From Octopus vulgaris (lineage: Eukaryota), in the NCBI GenBank assembly GCA_951406725.2, contig OX597827.1:66402001-66466000 (forward strand): a stretch of DNA of 64,000 nucleotides, written 5' to 3'. The translations under genes were made by a program, and so were the position numbers. The notes beneath the pieces are model-generated. The model made no database searches, was not told the origin of the DNA, and was given only the letters and a program-made list of their open reading frames with translations. Position 1 is the first letter of the stretch. The number at the start of each line of letters is the position of its first letter. This document shows positions 1 through 12,865 of this stretch, one piece after another.

Positions 1-736
1 ATAGGAGATTGACGCTATATCCAGAGCACTGTTATGTTTCTTAAACATCTTCGTTTGTGCTTCTGCCATTGTCTATATTGCAATCTTTGTAAGAGTGTGT
101 TTGTGTATGCGTGAGTGTGTGTACGAGTGAGCGCTTGTGTGTGTGCTTATGTGTATGTATATGTGTGTTTTGGCGTGGTATTGCTGACGTAACTGTGTAC
201 ATTTGCGATCTTGAATGATTTATAAAAAACTGCGTAGCTAGGTTACAATACTGCTAGTGTTCCCTTACCTAATACGTTTGAAAACAATAGAATATGAAAA
301 CAAATCATGAAATATTCATATAAAAGTATTAAATAACAATTAAATTTGTTACAAGATACTTAATTAAAATGTAATATCGACATTTAAATATTTCTTCGTA
401 TTACCTATTCTTTAAGATTCACTATTTCATTTATTTTATTATTTCAATGTATTTCGAGAAAACGTAATTTTTCGATAATATTAGTTTCCTTTAATTGGCC
501 ATCAAAATAATTTTATAGTTTTTTTGTAAGTCTATACAATCTGAGATGACAACAGTCAATTAGTAACGCTGACAGTGAAGAGATTGTATAAAAAAAAAAC
601 ATGTTTATATTTTACTTCTCCTTGTCTAATGGAACAATATAATGTTTTAGTTAGAGCACTAAGTATTATTTACCTACTCAGAAGAATAGAATGGGAGATC
701 ACAAAAGTAGGATTTCAACTGAATATATATATTGCA

Positions 737-1189
737 TTGGGTTGTCCGGAAAGTTCGTGCCGATTTTTAAAAGAAAGAAAAAGTTAAATAAATACTTGCC
801 ATTACATTTTTAATCAAGCAAATATGAACCATTTCGTTGCACAATGCGTCTCCACCTTTCCTTTAACTTTAAAATACCCTCTTCCAAGAATTGAGGTGGT
901 TTCATGTCAAAGAATTCATCAAGGTATCTTTTTACATCATCTAAGGAATTGACATTTTTACCATTAAGACTATTGTGCAGAGACCTGAATAAGTGGAAAT
1001 CCGAAGGAGCAATATCTGGTGAATATGTAGGGTGAGGTAACACATCCCAGCCGTGCTGCAGCAATTCTTGTCTGGTTCCCAAAGCATAAAGTGCAGAAAA
1101 TAAACTTTTTTATCTTCCATTTTAAAGGGTTACAGAATTAACATAGGTTATAGGAACATAAATCGGCACTAACTTTCCGGACAACCCAA
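737..1189 (-). mobile_element. Non-autonomous mariner (Tc1/mariner) deletion derivative, copy 1
   Basis: ~30 bp TIRs (ttgggttgtccggaaagttcgtgccgattt at 737; aaatcggcactaactttccggacaacccaa ending 1189, followed by TA). ORF 810..1082 encodes the mariner C-terminus with HPTYSPDIAPSDFHLF (YSPDLAPxD motif). Confidence 0.93.
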
Positions 1190-1224
1190 TATTATACAGA
1201 ATCGCTTAATACAATTTGTGATAT

Positions 1225-1570
1225 ATAAGACGTGGTATCTCAAACCGAGAACTGTTCCTGTTATTGTGGCTGCCCTAGGTATGATAAGAAAGGGATGCCA
1301 ACAGATCTAGATAATTTCCCAGGAGACTCATGTCTCAGAGAAATCCAAAAGAATATGCTAACATGTATTGACCACATACTTCGAAAAACTCTATGCATTT
1401 AAATATTTCTGTTTCTTTGTATTACGTGAATATGTTTCGCTACTGCGTCTGCCACTTCCACTCCTTAAGCTTTCAGTCATACTCAAATATCCGTTCTCTG
1501 TCATTTGCTCTATGGGCGCCGGAGTGTCTCGGCACGGGATTGTAACAAACATGGAGATTAAAAGTAAATA
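1225..1570 (+). mobile_element. 3' end of an RLE-type non-LTR retrotransposon (R4/Dong-like), degraded
   Basis: Manual translation WYLKPRTVPVIVAALGMIRKG /frameshift/ LDNFPGDSCLREIQKNMLTCIDHILRKTLCI* resembles the RLE C-terminus (PVIVGALG...EIQK...HILR). A 3' UTR follows and runs into (AAT)n. Confidence 0.75.
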
Positions 1571-1601
1571 ATAATAATGATGATGACGACGATGATAATG
1601 A

Positions 1602-1677
<76 letters not shown>

Positions 1678-1678
1678 G

Positions 1679-1737
<59 letters not shown>

Positions 1738-1780
1738 TAATGATGGCATGCACTGCTCTCTCACATGATAATAATAATAA
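1567..1780. repeat. (AAT)n microsatellite containing a ~24 bp retroelement 3' stub (1741-1764)
   Basis: Direct reading. The stub tgatggcatgcactgctctctcac matches the 3' end of the elements at 26791-26872 and 32954-33500. Confidence 0.9.
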
Positions 1781-2180
1781 TGGAAAGTATTAGACAACTG
1801 AAAATAAAGCGAAAAGCATGGTGCAGTAGATTGCAGGTAGTAATCCCACTACGCATGCAAGACCCCGAGGGATCTTACAAAACGTGTGAATAAGAGAAAA
1901 ATATAATATTAATATATTGAATCCATACACACAAGCCCACAATTAGTGTAGGAGTTCGACAAAGCTGATTGGTCTTTATGTCATTGAAATGTGAGAGTTA
2001 AAGCGTAAATTTATTGTAATGAAATTTCATCCTAGGCGAAAATTAAATTGCGTAATTAAATTACTGCCACGTAGTGTTTTCATTTTCCAAAATTAACAAT
2101 ATTGGCAATGATGCACAGCGATATGTTCTGGAGCAGTATAATTAAACGACCAAAACACACACACGCCAAGGGCGCACACA

Positions 2181-2225
<45 letters not shown>

Positions 2226-2251
2226 CATATATATATACATACATATATATA

Positions 2252-2298
<47 letters not shown>

Positions 2299-2447
2299 AA
2301 TTCATAATTAAGGGCAAACGAAAAAATTTCTAATGCCAGATATGCCGAAAAATTGGACATATTGTCCATTAACCATATAATTTTTTCACAATATGCACGC
2401 TCCTCGAAAAAAGGTCGACAGAAATTTCTAAAACATTCCATTATTAC

Positions 2448-2505
2448 CATATTGGACCGATTTCAGGGTTAGCTTATAACAGCCCTCCCTTCGTCAGTGA
2501 TACAT
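2448..2505 (-). ncRNA. Minimal hammerhead-ribozyme-like motif (Penelope-type), degenerate
   Basis: Minus strand reads CTGACGA-AGGG...CCCT-GAAA-TCG-GTC: intact CUGANGA and GAAA boxes, stem II and a GUC triplet. Stem I is imperfect. Confidence 0.55.
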
Positions 2506-3039
2506 GTGGCAAAAAGAAATAAATGAGATACTTACTCATACCCATGGAAGAAGCGAACACTAAGTCATGGGCACAATTAAGTACCCCAAATACATCCAAA
2601 ATAGAAATACTCCAGCCCATTCGAGTTACGTGCGATTTGAACTATATATATACGATTTGTGGTCAACAACCTACCGAACTCAAGTCGTGAATAATATAGA
2701 TATAAAATATTTGTCATATCTCTTTGAAAAAACAACAACAGCAAAATGAACAAATGCATGTTATATCTACGTGAAATCTAATGCATACATATATAATGCA
2801 TGTTATATCTATAGAGCTGATTTGAGAGAAAATTCTTTTTAAATAAGCCGGATGAATTACGAATTGTTTCGTGACATTACATAATCAAATTTTAAGGAAA
2901 AAATTTCAACAACGACTGGATTAAACGGTAAAATTCAATGCGCCTAAAGAGGTTGCTGGCTTTCACTACTTAGATATGATCCATGATCACTAAGACACAC
3001 AGGATGTTTTCAGAGGATTGCATTTTCGATATTATATTA

Positions 3040-3280
3040 TCTATATATATAAAACTGAAAATGTCTGTCTGTCTGTCTGTGTGAATCCCTAAAACATGAG
3101 AACTACACAACAAATTTCATTCAAATTTTACATATGCTTTACTTAGGGTCCATGTAGTGTCATGAGCAAAAACACTATTTAACTTCTTGCCTAGGGCGGG
3201 CTCACAGCAATATCATATCTTCTCCACTATTTCAGTATTACATGTTAAAGGTGAAATAAAAAATGTCTCTCTATTGTATG
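3040..3280 (+). mobile_element. Non-autonomous Helitron 5' fragment
   Basis: Starts A|TCTATATATATAAAA followed by (GTCT)n, like the 5' ends at 20504 and 36892. No 3' CTAG hairpin end seen, so the 3' boundary is approximate. Confidence 0.55.
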
Positions 3281-3737
3281 TATATGGATGTATATGTACA
3301 GTGGAATATGTATACATGTATATATAGATGAACATGTAATATGTAAAATATGACTTCCCACCGCTGCCGCTCGCTCTGGGCGCCATTGAGGCGACTGTAC
3401 ACAGCTGCCGGCCTACAGTCGACGCTATGGCGACCAGAGTTCAAGTTCCGCCGACGTGGACTTAGCCTTTACCACTTGCGTACTGGGGTCGATTTAATCG
3501 ACTGGAAACCTCCCTCAAAATTTCGTACCTTGTGCCTAGAGTAGAAAAGAATATTAAATTTAATATCGTCAATTGATTAGTGACATTTATTCTTAATCGT
3601 GAACCACAGTGTGCAATATTGGCTGCACTGAGATTTTAACGAAAGGCACAGAAATGAAAAATCGCGTGGATTCATTCTTTTATGCTTCTCGACCAATGCC
3701 GATACCTTATGGTGTAATATATTTTAGATATTGAGTT

Positions 3738-4052
3738 TGTTGTGGAGGCGCAATGGCCCAGTGATTAAGGCAGCGGACTCGCGGTTTCGATTCCCAGACC
3801 GGGCGTTATGTGTGTTTATTGAGCGAAAACACCTAAAGCTCCACGAGACTCTGGCAGGGTGTGGTGGCGACCCCTGTTGTACTCTTTCGCCCCAACTTTC
3901 TCTCAATCTTTCTTCCTTTTCTCGAGTAACGATGCGATGGACTGGAGTCCCGTCCAGCTGAGGGGAACACATACACCACAGAAACCGGGAAACCGTGCCC
4001 ATGAGCCTGGCTAGCTCGAAACAGGGCGCATAAATAAAATAAATAAAATAAA
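3738..4052 (+). mobile_element. tRNA-derived SINE, family A head with alternative tail
   Basis: Head tgtggaggcgcaatggcccagtg with B-box-like gtttcgattccc. Tail gcgatggactggagtcccgtccagc, then (TAAAA)n. Probable 10 bp TSD atattgagtt (3728-3737) / atatcgagtt (4053-4062). Confidence 0.85.
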
Positions 4053-4149
4053 ATATCGAGTTACTTATATCATGGGTAGATTTTTCTTATCTACAAATTA
4101 AACTAATCATGTACGAATTAGAATACAACCAATTCATAGATATGTGAAA

Positions 4150-4360
4150 GTCGGTGAGGTGACTGAATCGTTAGTACTCAGGACGCAATGCTTAGCGGCA
4201 TTTCGCCCGCCGCTTCATTTTGAGTTCAAATTCCGCCGAGGCCAACTTTACTTTTCAACATTTCAGAGTCGATTAAGTACCAGTTACGCACTGTGGTCGG
4301 TACAATCGATTTAATCCCTTCCCCAAAATTTTAGGCCTTGTGTCTACAGTAGAAAGAATT
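4150..4360 (+). mobile_element. SINE family B
   Basis: gagttcaaattccgccgagg...gtcgattaagtaccag core shared with the copies at 29557, 45541, 58715 and 59342. Confidence 0.8.
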
Positions 4361-5310
4361 ATTAATAGATACGTGGTTTGATAAACGAACGGTAACTTGT
4401 GTAGTTTACATAACAATAAACGTATAAAAAAATCAAAAGAAAAAAAAGCAACAATATTCCTTTCACTCAGAGCCAAATCGTTCTTGCTTTGAAATCCCAG
4501 TAAATAGGAAGCATTAATAAGTTGTAAATATGGTTGCCCTATTACACGTTAGAATGAATATGTGCGTTGCAATACAGCCATATAATAGCCAACTAAATGT
4601 ATTCCAAGCTTTTCTATAGTGCATTGTTAGATGTTATTTCTCCAAGCCAATACAAGTAAATCTTTATGACATTTCTATATCTAATGGTGTCTGTTCCTAC
4701 ACAGCAACATTTATCAATGCAGACACTGTGAAACAGATTGAATTCCTAGAGACGTGTGCTTTTTCTTATTTCTTCTGCATAAAGAAACAAAAGGCAATAA
4801 AAATTGAAGTAATACACGCATAGACAGACGCACAAACTCACACACACACATATACACCTAAACACATTCGTACACACACGAACGCATGAAAATATCTAAA
4901 CGGAAAATGAAGGAAAAAAGAACATCGGAGAAGAACGGCAACATTAAACGAGAGGAAGAGCCAACAAATACACAGACAATAAAATTATATGAGATAAAAT
5001 CGCAAACGTTTCTATACGTACATTTATTTTTTCCTCCTTTTCCACATTCTTGTGCATATAACTAACTGTATGTAAATTCAGTTTGAATGCCGTTCTACAT
5101 TTATTGGCGGAGCCTTGAGAGAATCTTCACACAACATCGTACATTACTAGGTATGGATACGTCATTAATCATATTCATTTGTATTATATGGTCTACACTG
5201 CGGCGTTAAATTTTAACGGTGAAAGATATTTAATATAATGAAATGTAAGTTAGTAAACTATTTTGTAATTCAATGCTTGTTCTAATCTTTAGCCACGTAT
5301 TTATTTACGC

Positions 5311-5430
5311 TTTACTCTCTTTTTACTCTTTTACTTGTTTCAGTTATTTAACTGCGGCCATGCTGGAGCACCACCTTTAGTCGAGCAATGCTAGGGGACA
5401 ATGCTAGACAGACACACAAACAGACACACA

Positions 5431-5478
<48 letters not shown>

Positions 5479-5672
5479 AATATATATATATACATATATA
5501 TATATACATATATATGACAGGCTTCTTTCAGTTTCCGTCTACCAAATCCACTCATAAGGCATTGGTCGGCCCGGGGCTATAGCAGAAGACACTTTCCCAA
5601 GATGCAGTAGGACTGAACCCGGAACCATGTGGTTGGGTAGCAAGCTACTTACCACACAGCCACTCCTGCACC
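5311..5672 (-). mobile_element. SINE family C (internal microsatellite, LINE-like tail), internally deleted
   Basis: Reverse complement of the copies at 13415 and 18741, with a (GAGTAAAA)-type tail. Confidence 0.88.
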
Positions 5673-6249
5673 TATTTGTGTAGTAATAAATAAGTAAATT
5701 TCAGATTAGGGTTAGGACGAGTCTTATACTGTCAGTTCCAGACACAGAGTCCACGGTGTAGCTCATTCCGAAATATCATATATGAGTTCCCATGCCTAAG
5801 TTGCGGATATTTTAAAATAAACGAGGCATTCCGTTGCTGGAGTACAACATACCACCTGCTCCATAGATATCATTAACTGATTCCACTCAAGTGCGGGTAC
5901 TTGGCACAAGACACCAATCTAAGGGCACCTTACACACTTCTTACCAGCGGTGTCGCGTAAATCGATATTTTTCTTCCTCCGTCTCTCCGACGTAAAGATT
6001 TTGTATGTGTAGTCTACGAGATTTACCTGCGTCCAAGAACCATAGAGGAAAACTGGTATTAAAACAAAGAGAAAACCTCCATCACGAAGTAAAACAGAAC
6101 AGTGCATGGTATATCAGGAGTACACGAAGGAAAAATGAGAACATTTTACATGACAAGCGTACACTCTTTCACAGCAAGAGTAGAAACATAGAAACAAGAA
6201 AGAACAAACATGTCTTTATCATAGAACTGACAGAAGGCTACACACTCTA

Positions 6250-6472
6250 TGGCCGGCTCATGAGGGCCGTTTTCCCAGTTTCAGTGGGATATGAAATCCC
6301 CACCTGGACGGATCCGTCGCAGGATTACTCATTTTTGCCAGGTGAGTGGACTGGAGCAACGTGAAATGAAGTCTTTAGCTCAACAACACAACGCGTCACT
6401 TGGTCCAGGAATCGAAACCACACTCTTACGATCATGACTCCAACAATCTAACCTCTAATCCACGCGCCTCCA
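6250..6472 (-). mobile_element. tRNA-derived SINE, family D head with a tail like that of 3738
   Basis: Minus strand has a tRNA-like head (gtggaggcgcgtgg...gtttcgattcc), core gttgagctaaagacttcatttcacgttgctccagtccac matching 57795, and tail ccgtccaggtgggg...catgagccggcc. Confidence 0.7.
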
Positions 6473-6488
6473 CACACACACGCACACG

Positions 6489-6553
<65 letters not shown>

Positions 6554-6602
6554 ATATATGTATGTATATGTATATATATATGTATGTATATGTATATGTA
6601 TG

Positions 6603-6654
<52 letters not shown>

Positions 6655-6686
6655 TATATATATGTATGTATATGTATATATGTATG

Positions 6687-6734
<48 letters not shown>

Positions 6735-7547
6735 GTTTGTTTTCATGTCCACTCCTAATAAAAACAATTTCACATTAATCTCACGGGTTCATGGGTTACT
6801 CGATACTGTTATGGAGTACAAATGTCGTTGACAATAATTCGAATGTTCCACCATTTCAGACACTATCTGTGTATGTGTGTTTTTCTTTGTATATATATAT
6901 ATGTACGCATATTTGTATATGTTTACCTATGTATGTATATGCCTATGTGTGTATGCAGGTATATCACTATGTATATAAATAGGTCTGTGAACGTGTGTGT
7001 TTTTGTGTATGTATATATTTCTGGGTGTGTGAGAGCGCATGCGAGTATGCAGGCATAGTAGGCCAACCCACGAATATAGGCCATTGTAAACTGATGCAAA
7101 AATGTCACCTGCAGACTAAGCAGATAAAATATTTTCGGCAGCTGAATACAAATTGGACCATTTAGTCCTCTTGAGTGCTATTTCTAATGACCAAAGAGCA
7201 TTAGAATGGTTTCGTGGCATCGAGACATTATTCCAGACAACATTCTATGTTTTACAATAACGACTTATTTTATATAAATGAATTGGTTCCTCGTAAAAAC
7301 AAATACATGGGGTAAAGTACGGTGCTTGATTCAATTTGTGTGTGCAAGGAAAGTGTTCCCATCCCATATCAAACAAATGATAATCAAATACGATAAAATG
7401 CCTATCGATAAATGTCAATGGCTCAAAATACTATTGACCGCTAATGGAAATTTATATCTTGTATGGAATGCTAAATAAAGTAAGACACTAAACTGGGGTT
7501 TGAGAACGAAATATAATAAGAGTAGCCTGCATATGTGTGTGTATGTT

Positions 7548-7607
<60 letters not shown>

Positions 7608-7644
7608 GTGTTTTTGTGTCAGTGTGTCAGTGTGTCAGAGAGAG

Positions 7645-7875
7645 AGTGAGCACGTGGTTTAGTGCTTAGATTGCCGCAATCGTGACATATAGATTGGAGT
7701 TTCGATCCCGGGACTGCCCGATGCATTATGTTTCAGAGCAAAACATTTAATTTCAACATTCCTCTGCTCGCAAAAAAATGAGGACACCTTGCTATGGACC
7801 GTCTTGGGGGAGAATATATTGGGCACAGATTCCATGGAAACCGGCGTTATCTGCTTATGGCTCGAGAAGGAACTT
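7645..7875 (+). mobile_element. Degenerate SINE family D
   Basis: B-box-like gtttcgatccc and core gagcaaaacatttaatttcaac similar to 57795. Confidence 0.55.
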
Positions 7876-8025
7876 TGTTTCATCCTCTCCTTATATATAT
7901 ATCTATGTATCTACCTATCTATCTGTATGTCTGTCTATCTACCTATCTATCTATCTATCTATCTATCCATCTGTCTGTCTGTTTATCTATCTATCTGTCT
8001 GTCTGTCTGTCTGACTGCCTGTCTG

Positions 8026-8060
<35 letters not shown>

Positions 8061-8149
8061 GACTGTCTAGCTATCTATCCCTATATATCTATCTATATAT
8101 ATATATATATATATTTATTTGTATATGTCTCTACATCTCCAGTGTTTAT

Positions 8150-8630
8150 TAATCCTGGTATTTATTCTATCGGCTTTTGTTGCCGAACCACTAAGTTATG
8201 TGGCCACCACCACGACACCGTTTGCCAAGCGGTAGTAGAGCACCAATACAGACACAAAGACACACACATACCTATATATGTGGCTGGCGTGTTGTAGTTT
8301 CTTATTTCTTTATTACCAACAAGGGGCTAAACATAGAGGGGAGAAACAAGGAGAGACAAAGGGGTTAAGTAACTGTTACTTAATTTATCGACCCCGAAAG
8401 GATAAAAGGCAAAGTCGAACTCGGCGGAATTTGAACTCTGAACGTAACGGCAGGCAAAAGCATTTCGTAAGCATTTCGCCCGCCGTGCTAACGTTTCTGC
8501 CAGCTTGCCGCCTTGCAGTTTCTGTCTACGAAATCCACTCACTTGTCTTAGGTTGTCTCGCGTCTATTTCACGCAGTGGGAGTGAACACAGAATCATGTG
8601 GCTGGGAAGAATGCTTCTTAGTACACTGCC
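8150..8630 (-). mobile_element. Degenerate SINE family C interrupted by a SINE family B copy (8295-8514, minus)
   Basis: Family C pieces (ttttgttgccgaaccactaagt; cagtttctgtctacgaaatccactcac) flank a family B reverse complement (gaccccgaaaggataaaaggcaaagtcgaactcggcggaatttgaactc). Confidence 0.75.
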
Positions 8631-9110
8631 AATCAGATATATATTTGTATAATCCGAATACTAGCTAGTCAAGAAAATCGCTATGAGACATGAAAGCAGC
8701 ATTCATACTGACAACTAGTGTTTGACTTCCTTCATCTCTTATACAGATTTTCTTGAGTAGCTAGTTTGCTTGCTGCAAGACCAGTGACCGTATATCATTT
8801 AGTTTTCTATATACTGCGAGCAGGAATGAGTGAGTCCTATGTCTAGTGGTCGAGTATCCACCACTGACGATGACCACTGGAAGGTCAAAGCCATACGTTC
8901 TGATGGTCTCGGTGCTAAAATATTACGGACATTTCTCCTCGCTTGCAATATATATCGAGTGGTGTGTGCACTGCATAATCAGCTGGAGGTTACAAATAGT
9001 AATATTGACGGTTGCTAGCGAACAGCCATGTTTAGTTCGCGTTAAACATTGCTTATATATTTCGTTTTTTGATTTGGCTTGTAAGATTCTTTATGTGAGT
9101 TCGTGTGTTG

Positions 9111-9393
9111 AAGCATATCCTGTTGTGTTTGGGGAGAGTCATTTTTTTTGTGTGCCTAATGATTTAACACACTCACCGGTAAAATTTCCACTTATTTCTT
9201 ATTTTTATTATCCTAAAATTTTCGTTGCGTCTTGCAACCTTTTCAAGAGTCTTGACTTTTGAAAAGGTTGCAAGACGCAACGAAAATTTTAGGACAATAA
9301 AAATAAGAAATAAGTGGAAATTTTACCGGTGAATGTGTTACATAATAAGGCCCAAGAAGAAAATGGCTCTCCCCAGACACATCAGAATTGCTT
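9111..9393. repeat. Long inverted repeat / foldback with ~140 bp arms and 2 nt spacer
   Basis: Inner arms 9165-9251 and 9254-9340 are complementary with 3 mismatches in 87 bp. The outer ~50 bp are more diverged. Confidence 0.95.
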
Positions 9394-10673
9394 ATATAAA
9401 TAAATACATATAAAAAAACACGTGAGCAACGACAAAAGAAGTAAACAGCAATGGTGTTGAAAATAGAGAACTGAATTTATTAAATAGCAGAGGAATGGTG
9501 CAGTTGCAATCAAAGCTCTAGGTTTCTTGTTAGTAATTGATGTGACACACGCTCTTCATCTTTAAATACAAGAAGTAGCGACATGCTTATGTAGATACGT
9601 GGGTGGGTTGTTTGTGTATAGGTATAGGAATGTATACATAGAAGACGAAACGTGGCGTTTATTAATGCTCAGCATGAATATAATCTCAAGAAAATACATT
9701 ATATTTGAACTGAAAGGAATTCAGAGGTTTATCACGATCTCTAGTAGAGTTACGAAGTACGAGTGTTCCATTATAATCTTTGTAACAAACCTTTTAGGAG
9801 GTAGTTTACCTTTATAAATACTTTGAATGAGCACGGGAAAATATCGATATACACTGAGATTTCCGATGAAATATACTATTATGGTGTCTCACAAACTTAT
9901 GGCTGTATATCCATAATTCTCTTCCCGTGTTCAGAATGTCAACTTCTCTTAATATCCACGCTTCCATATAATCTCGTATACATATACACAAACACCCACA
10001 CACGTATATACATGCATACATGTGTGTATGTATTTATGCATAATTATATGTACATATATATGAATATGTATATATACATACATATATATATGTGTATATA
10101 TATATATATATATAAACCACTGTTACATCGTATATGGGTTTAAGTTCCTAAGGAAGTTAATAAAAATGTTTGTAAGTGTAATAATATTCTTTTTCAGCTG
10201 TTTATTTAAAACGGAAACAGTTGTTAAATAGTAATTTCTTATCAGCCAAGAAGAAATACAATTTTGACTAACCAGCTGAGACTCATTTTAAAGCCAGCAT
10301 CAGGATTTTAACACTCATCTTGTTGCTGAAATATAACCATGGTGGCAACTTAGAAATCATGCTTGCGCAGACTTTATTTCCAGTGCCGTTCTAAGTTTCG
10401 AATAAATTTATCATTATAATATAATGTTAGAATTTTGCAAGCGTATGGTAAATATAAACTAACTGGTCAAATAACGATAGTTATGAAAATGCTGTGTCAG
10501 AAGTAGTCTAGAACAACAAAGAATTAAACATTGAACGTTATATATTGGCATAGACAAACAGAACAAACAACCACACATTTACACGAATATAATTATACTT
10601 ATACAAATACATAAGCACAAACCCACCATTATATACACACACATACACGTCTATTCATACGTATCTATAAATT

Positions 10674-10722
<49 letters not shown>

Positions 10723-11028
10723 TGTATACATGTGTATGAGTGTGTATCTGCCTGTCTCAGTGATTCTGTGTAAATAATTAGCTATGTATATACGTTATGC
10801 ATATATGCCAAATATGTTTACAATATATAGTTTGCAGAGTTTAAAATGTAAAGTGGTTTACGAGAAACATTGAATATGATTTACACGTCTGATTGCTTTT
10901 GACATTCAACCATTTCTCACTCCATTTTTCATAGTTATTGCTCTTGTTCATATTTCCCTGTTTCATTTACTTACGCTTCGCATCTGAATGCATTTCCGTT
11001 CCTTTTTTTTTTAATCATGAAATTATTG

Positions 11029-11030
<2 letters not shown>

Positions 11031-11093
<63 letters not shown>

Positions 11094-11115
11094 GTTATTA
11101 TTATTGTTAATAGTA

Positions 11116-11214
<99 letters not shown>

Positions 11215-11462
11215 TTAATAATATCATCATCAACATATTCCTTATAATAATCGACTTTGGCGTTGTTGCTGTCGTTGAAATCGATGTTGCTATATTTCAA
11301 TTTATTGTATATTTTAGACTCCATATTTAATATTGCATGATATATCATTGCTATTATCATTATTATTTTTGTCGTTCGTCTTCTTCTTCTTCTTCTTCTT
11401 CTTCTTCTTCTTCTTCTTCTTCTTCTTCTTCTTCTTCTTCTTCTTCTTCTTCTTCTTCTTCT
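11031..11462. repeat. Compound trinucleotide cluster (ATT)n-(GAT)n-(AAT)n and (CTT)n
   Basis: Direct reading. Confidence 0.95.
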
Positions 11463-12051
11463 GCCCTTGCAGATTTTTTTTAATTTATTGTATATTAAAC
11501 GTATTATATTTATTATTCGTTCGTATATCACATTCCTCCTTATTATTATTTTTGTTATTACCATTACTACATTATTTTTAGTATTAGTATCTGTAACAAT
11601 ACGTTCCTGTTACTATTTAAATGCGAAAACCGTGCGTTGTAAATCATTTTAAACTGTATTACTTTGTATGGGAATTACGAATCGACAACAATGAAAAGTA
11701 GTCTCGTAAGAAAAGTAGATAGCCTAGAAAGAATCATTGATAGGTAGACAGGAAGAAGGATTTCAAGCCAGTGTCGTATTCTGTATAGAAAGCATGTAGA
11801 TATAAGAAGCATTACGTTAATATATATGTCAAAATCAATATGCAGTTCTTTTGTAGAAGCGAGACGAAAATCGTATGTCAAAATATATTAAATTGTGTTT
11901 GTGTATGTATATGCATGTATGCATTTGTGTATATATATGCATGTATGTATATATGTATATATATATATATCAATATGTGTGTATATATATATACATAGAT
12001 ATGTATATATATATATGTATGTTCATATATATATACACATGCATATATATA

Positions 12052-12082
<31 letters not shown>

Positions 12083-12102
12083 GATATAGATATATATATA
12101 TA

Positions 12103-12140
<38 letters not shown>

Positions 12141-12160
12141 CATGCATATATATAAATATA

Positions 12161-12212
<52 letters not shown>

Positions 12213-12659
12213 TGTATGTATTTATATGCATATATGCATATATTGGTATATATGAATACATAGTATACCACCATATTATATTTGCATAATCAGTGTGAAT
12301 GTATGTGTGTGTGAGTGAGTGTGTGCGAAAATTGGCAGTGCGAAAAGAGAAAGAAATATAGGTTGTCTGGTAAGTATACTAGAATAGCTTAAGAGCCTGA
12401 CTTTAATTGTCTACTTTGCTATTATTTGGTATAAATTTGAGAGTCCGTACGATCGTATCAAAAACAAAGTGAGCACATATGTACGCATATGAACGCGTAT
12501 ATAGTTAAGCACATACACACACACACTCACACATTCATATATATGTAAGTGCATGTATACAATGAAACATACATGTATCAAAAATTAAGTGGGTGAGTCT
12601 CTAGAGAGATGTCTAGTTAGAACGAGAAGAATATAGAAGGTAAGCTGAGAGAGAAAGTG

Positions 12660-12771
12660 ATTCGTAGATAGACAGATAGATATATAGATAGATAGATAGA
12701 TAGATTGATTGATAGATAGATAGATAGATAGATAAATAGATAGATTGATTGATTGATAGATAGATAAATAA

Positions 12772-12849
<78 letters not shown>

Positions 12850-12865
12850 TGTTTGATAGATAAAT
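12660..12865. repeat. (GATA)n microsatellite
   Basis: Direct reading. Confidence 0.95.

Noticed and set aside
5706-5716. Telomere-like TTAGGGTTAGG
   Set aside because: Fewer than two full units, expected by chance.
6400-6831. Long ORFs such as [20 protein letters not shown] and poly-I/L/N here and throughout (e.g. 10971, 16427, 31847)
   Set aside because: They are translations of stop-free microsatellites, not protein-coding evidence.
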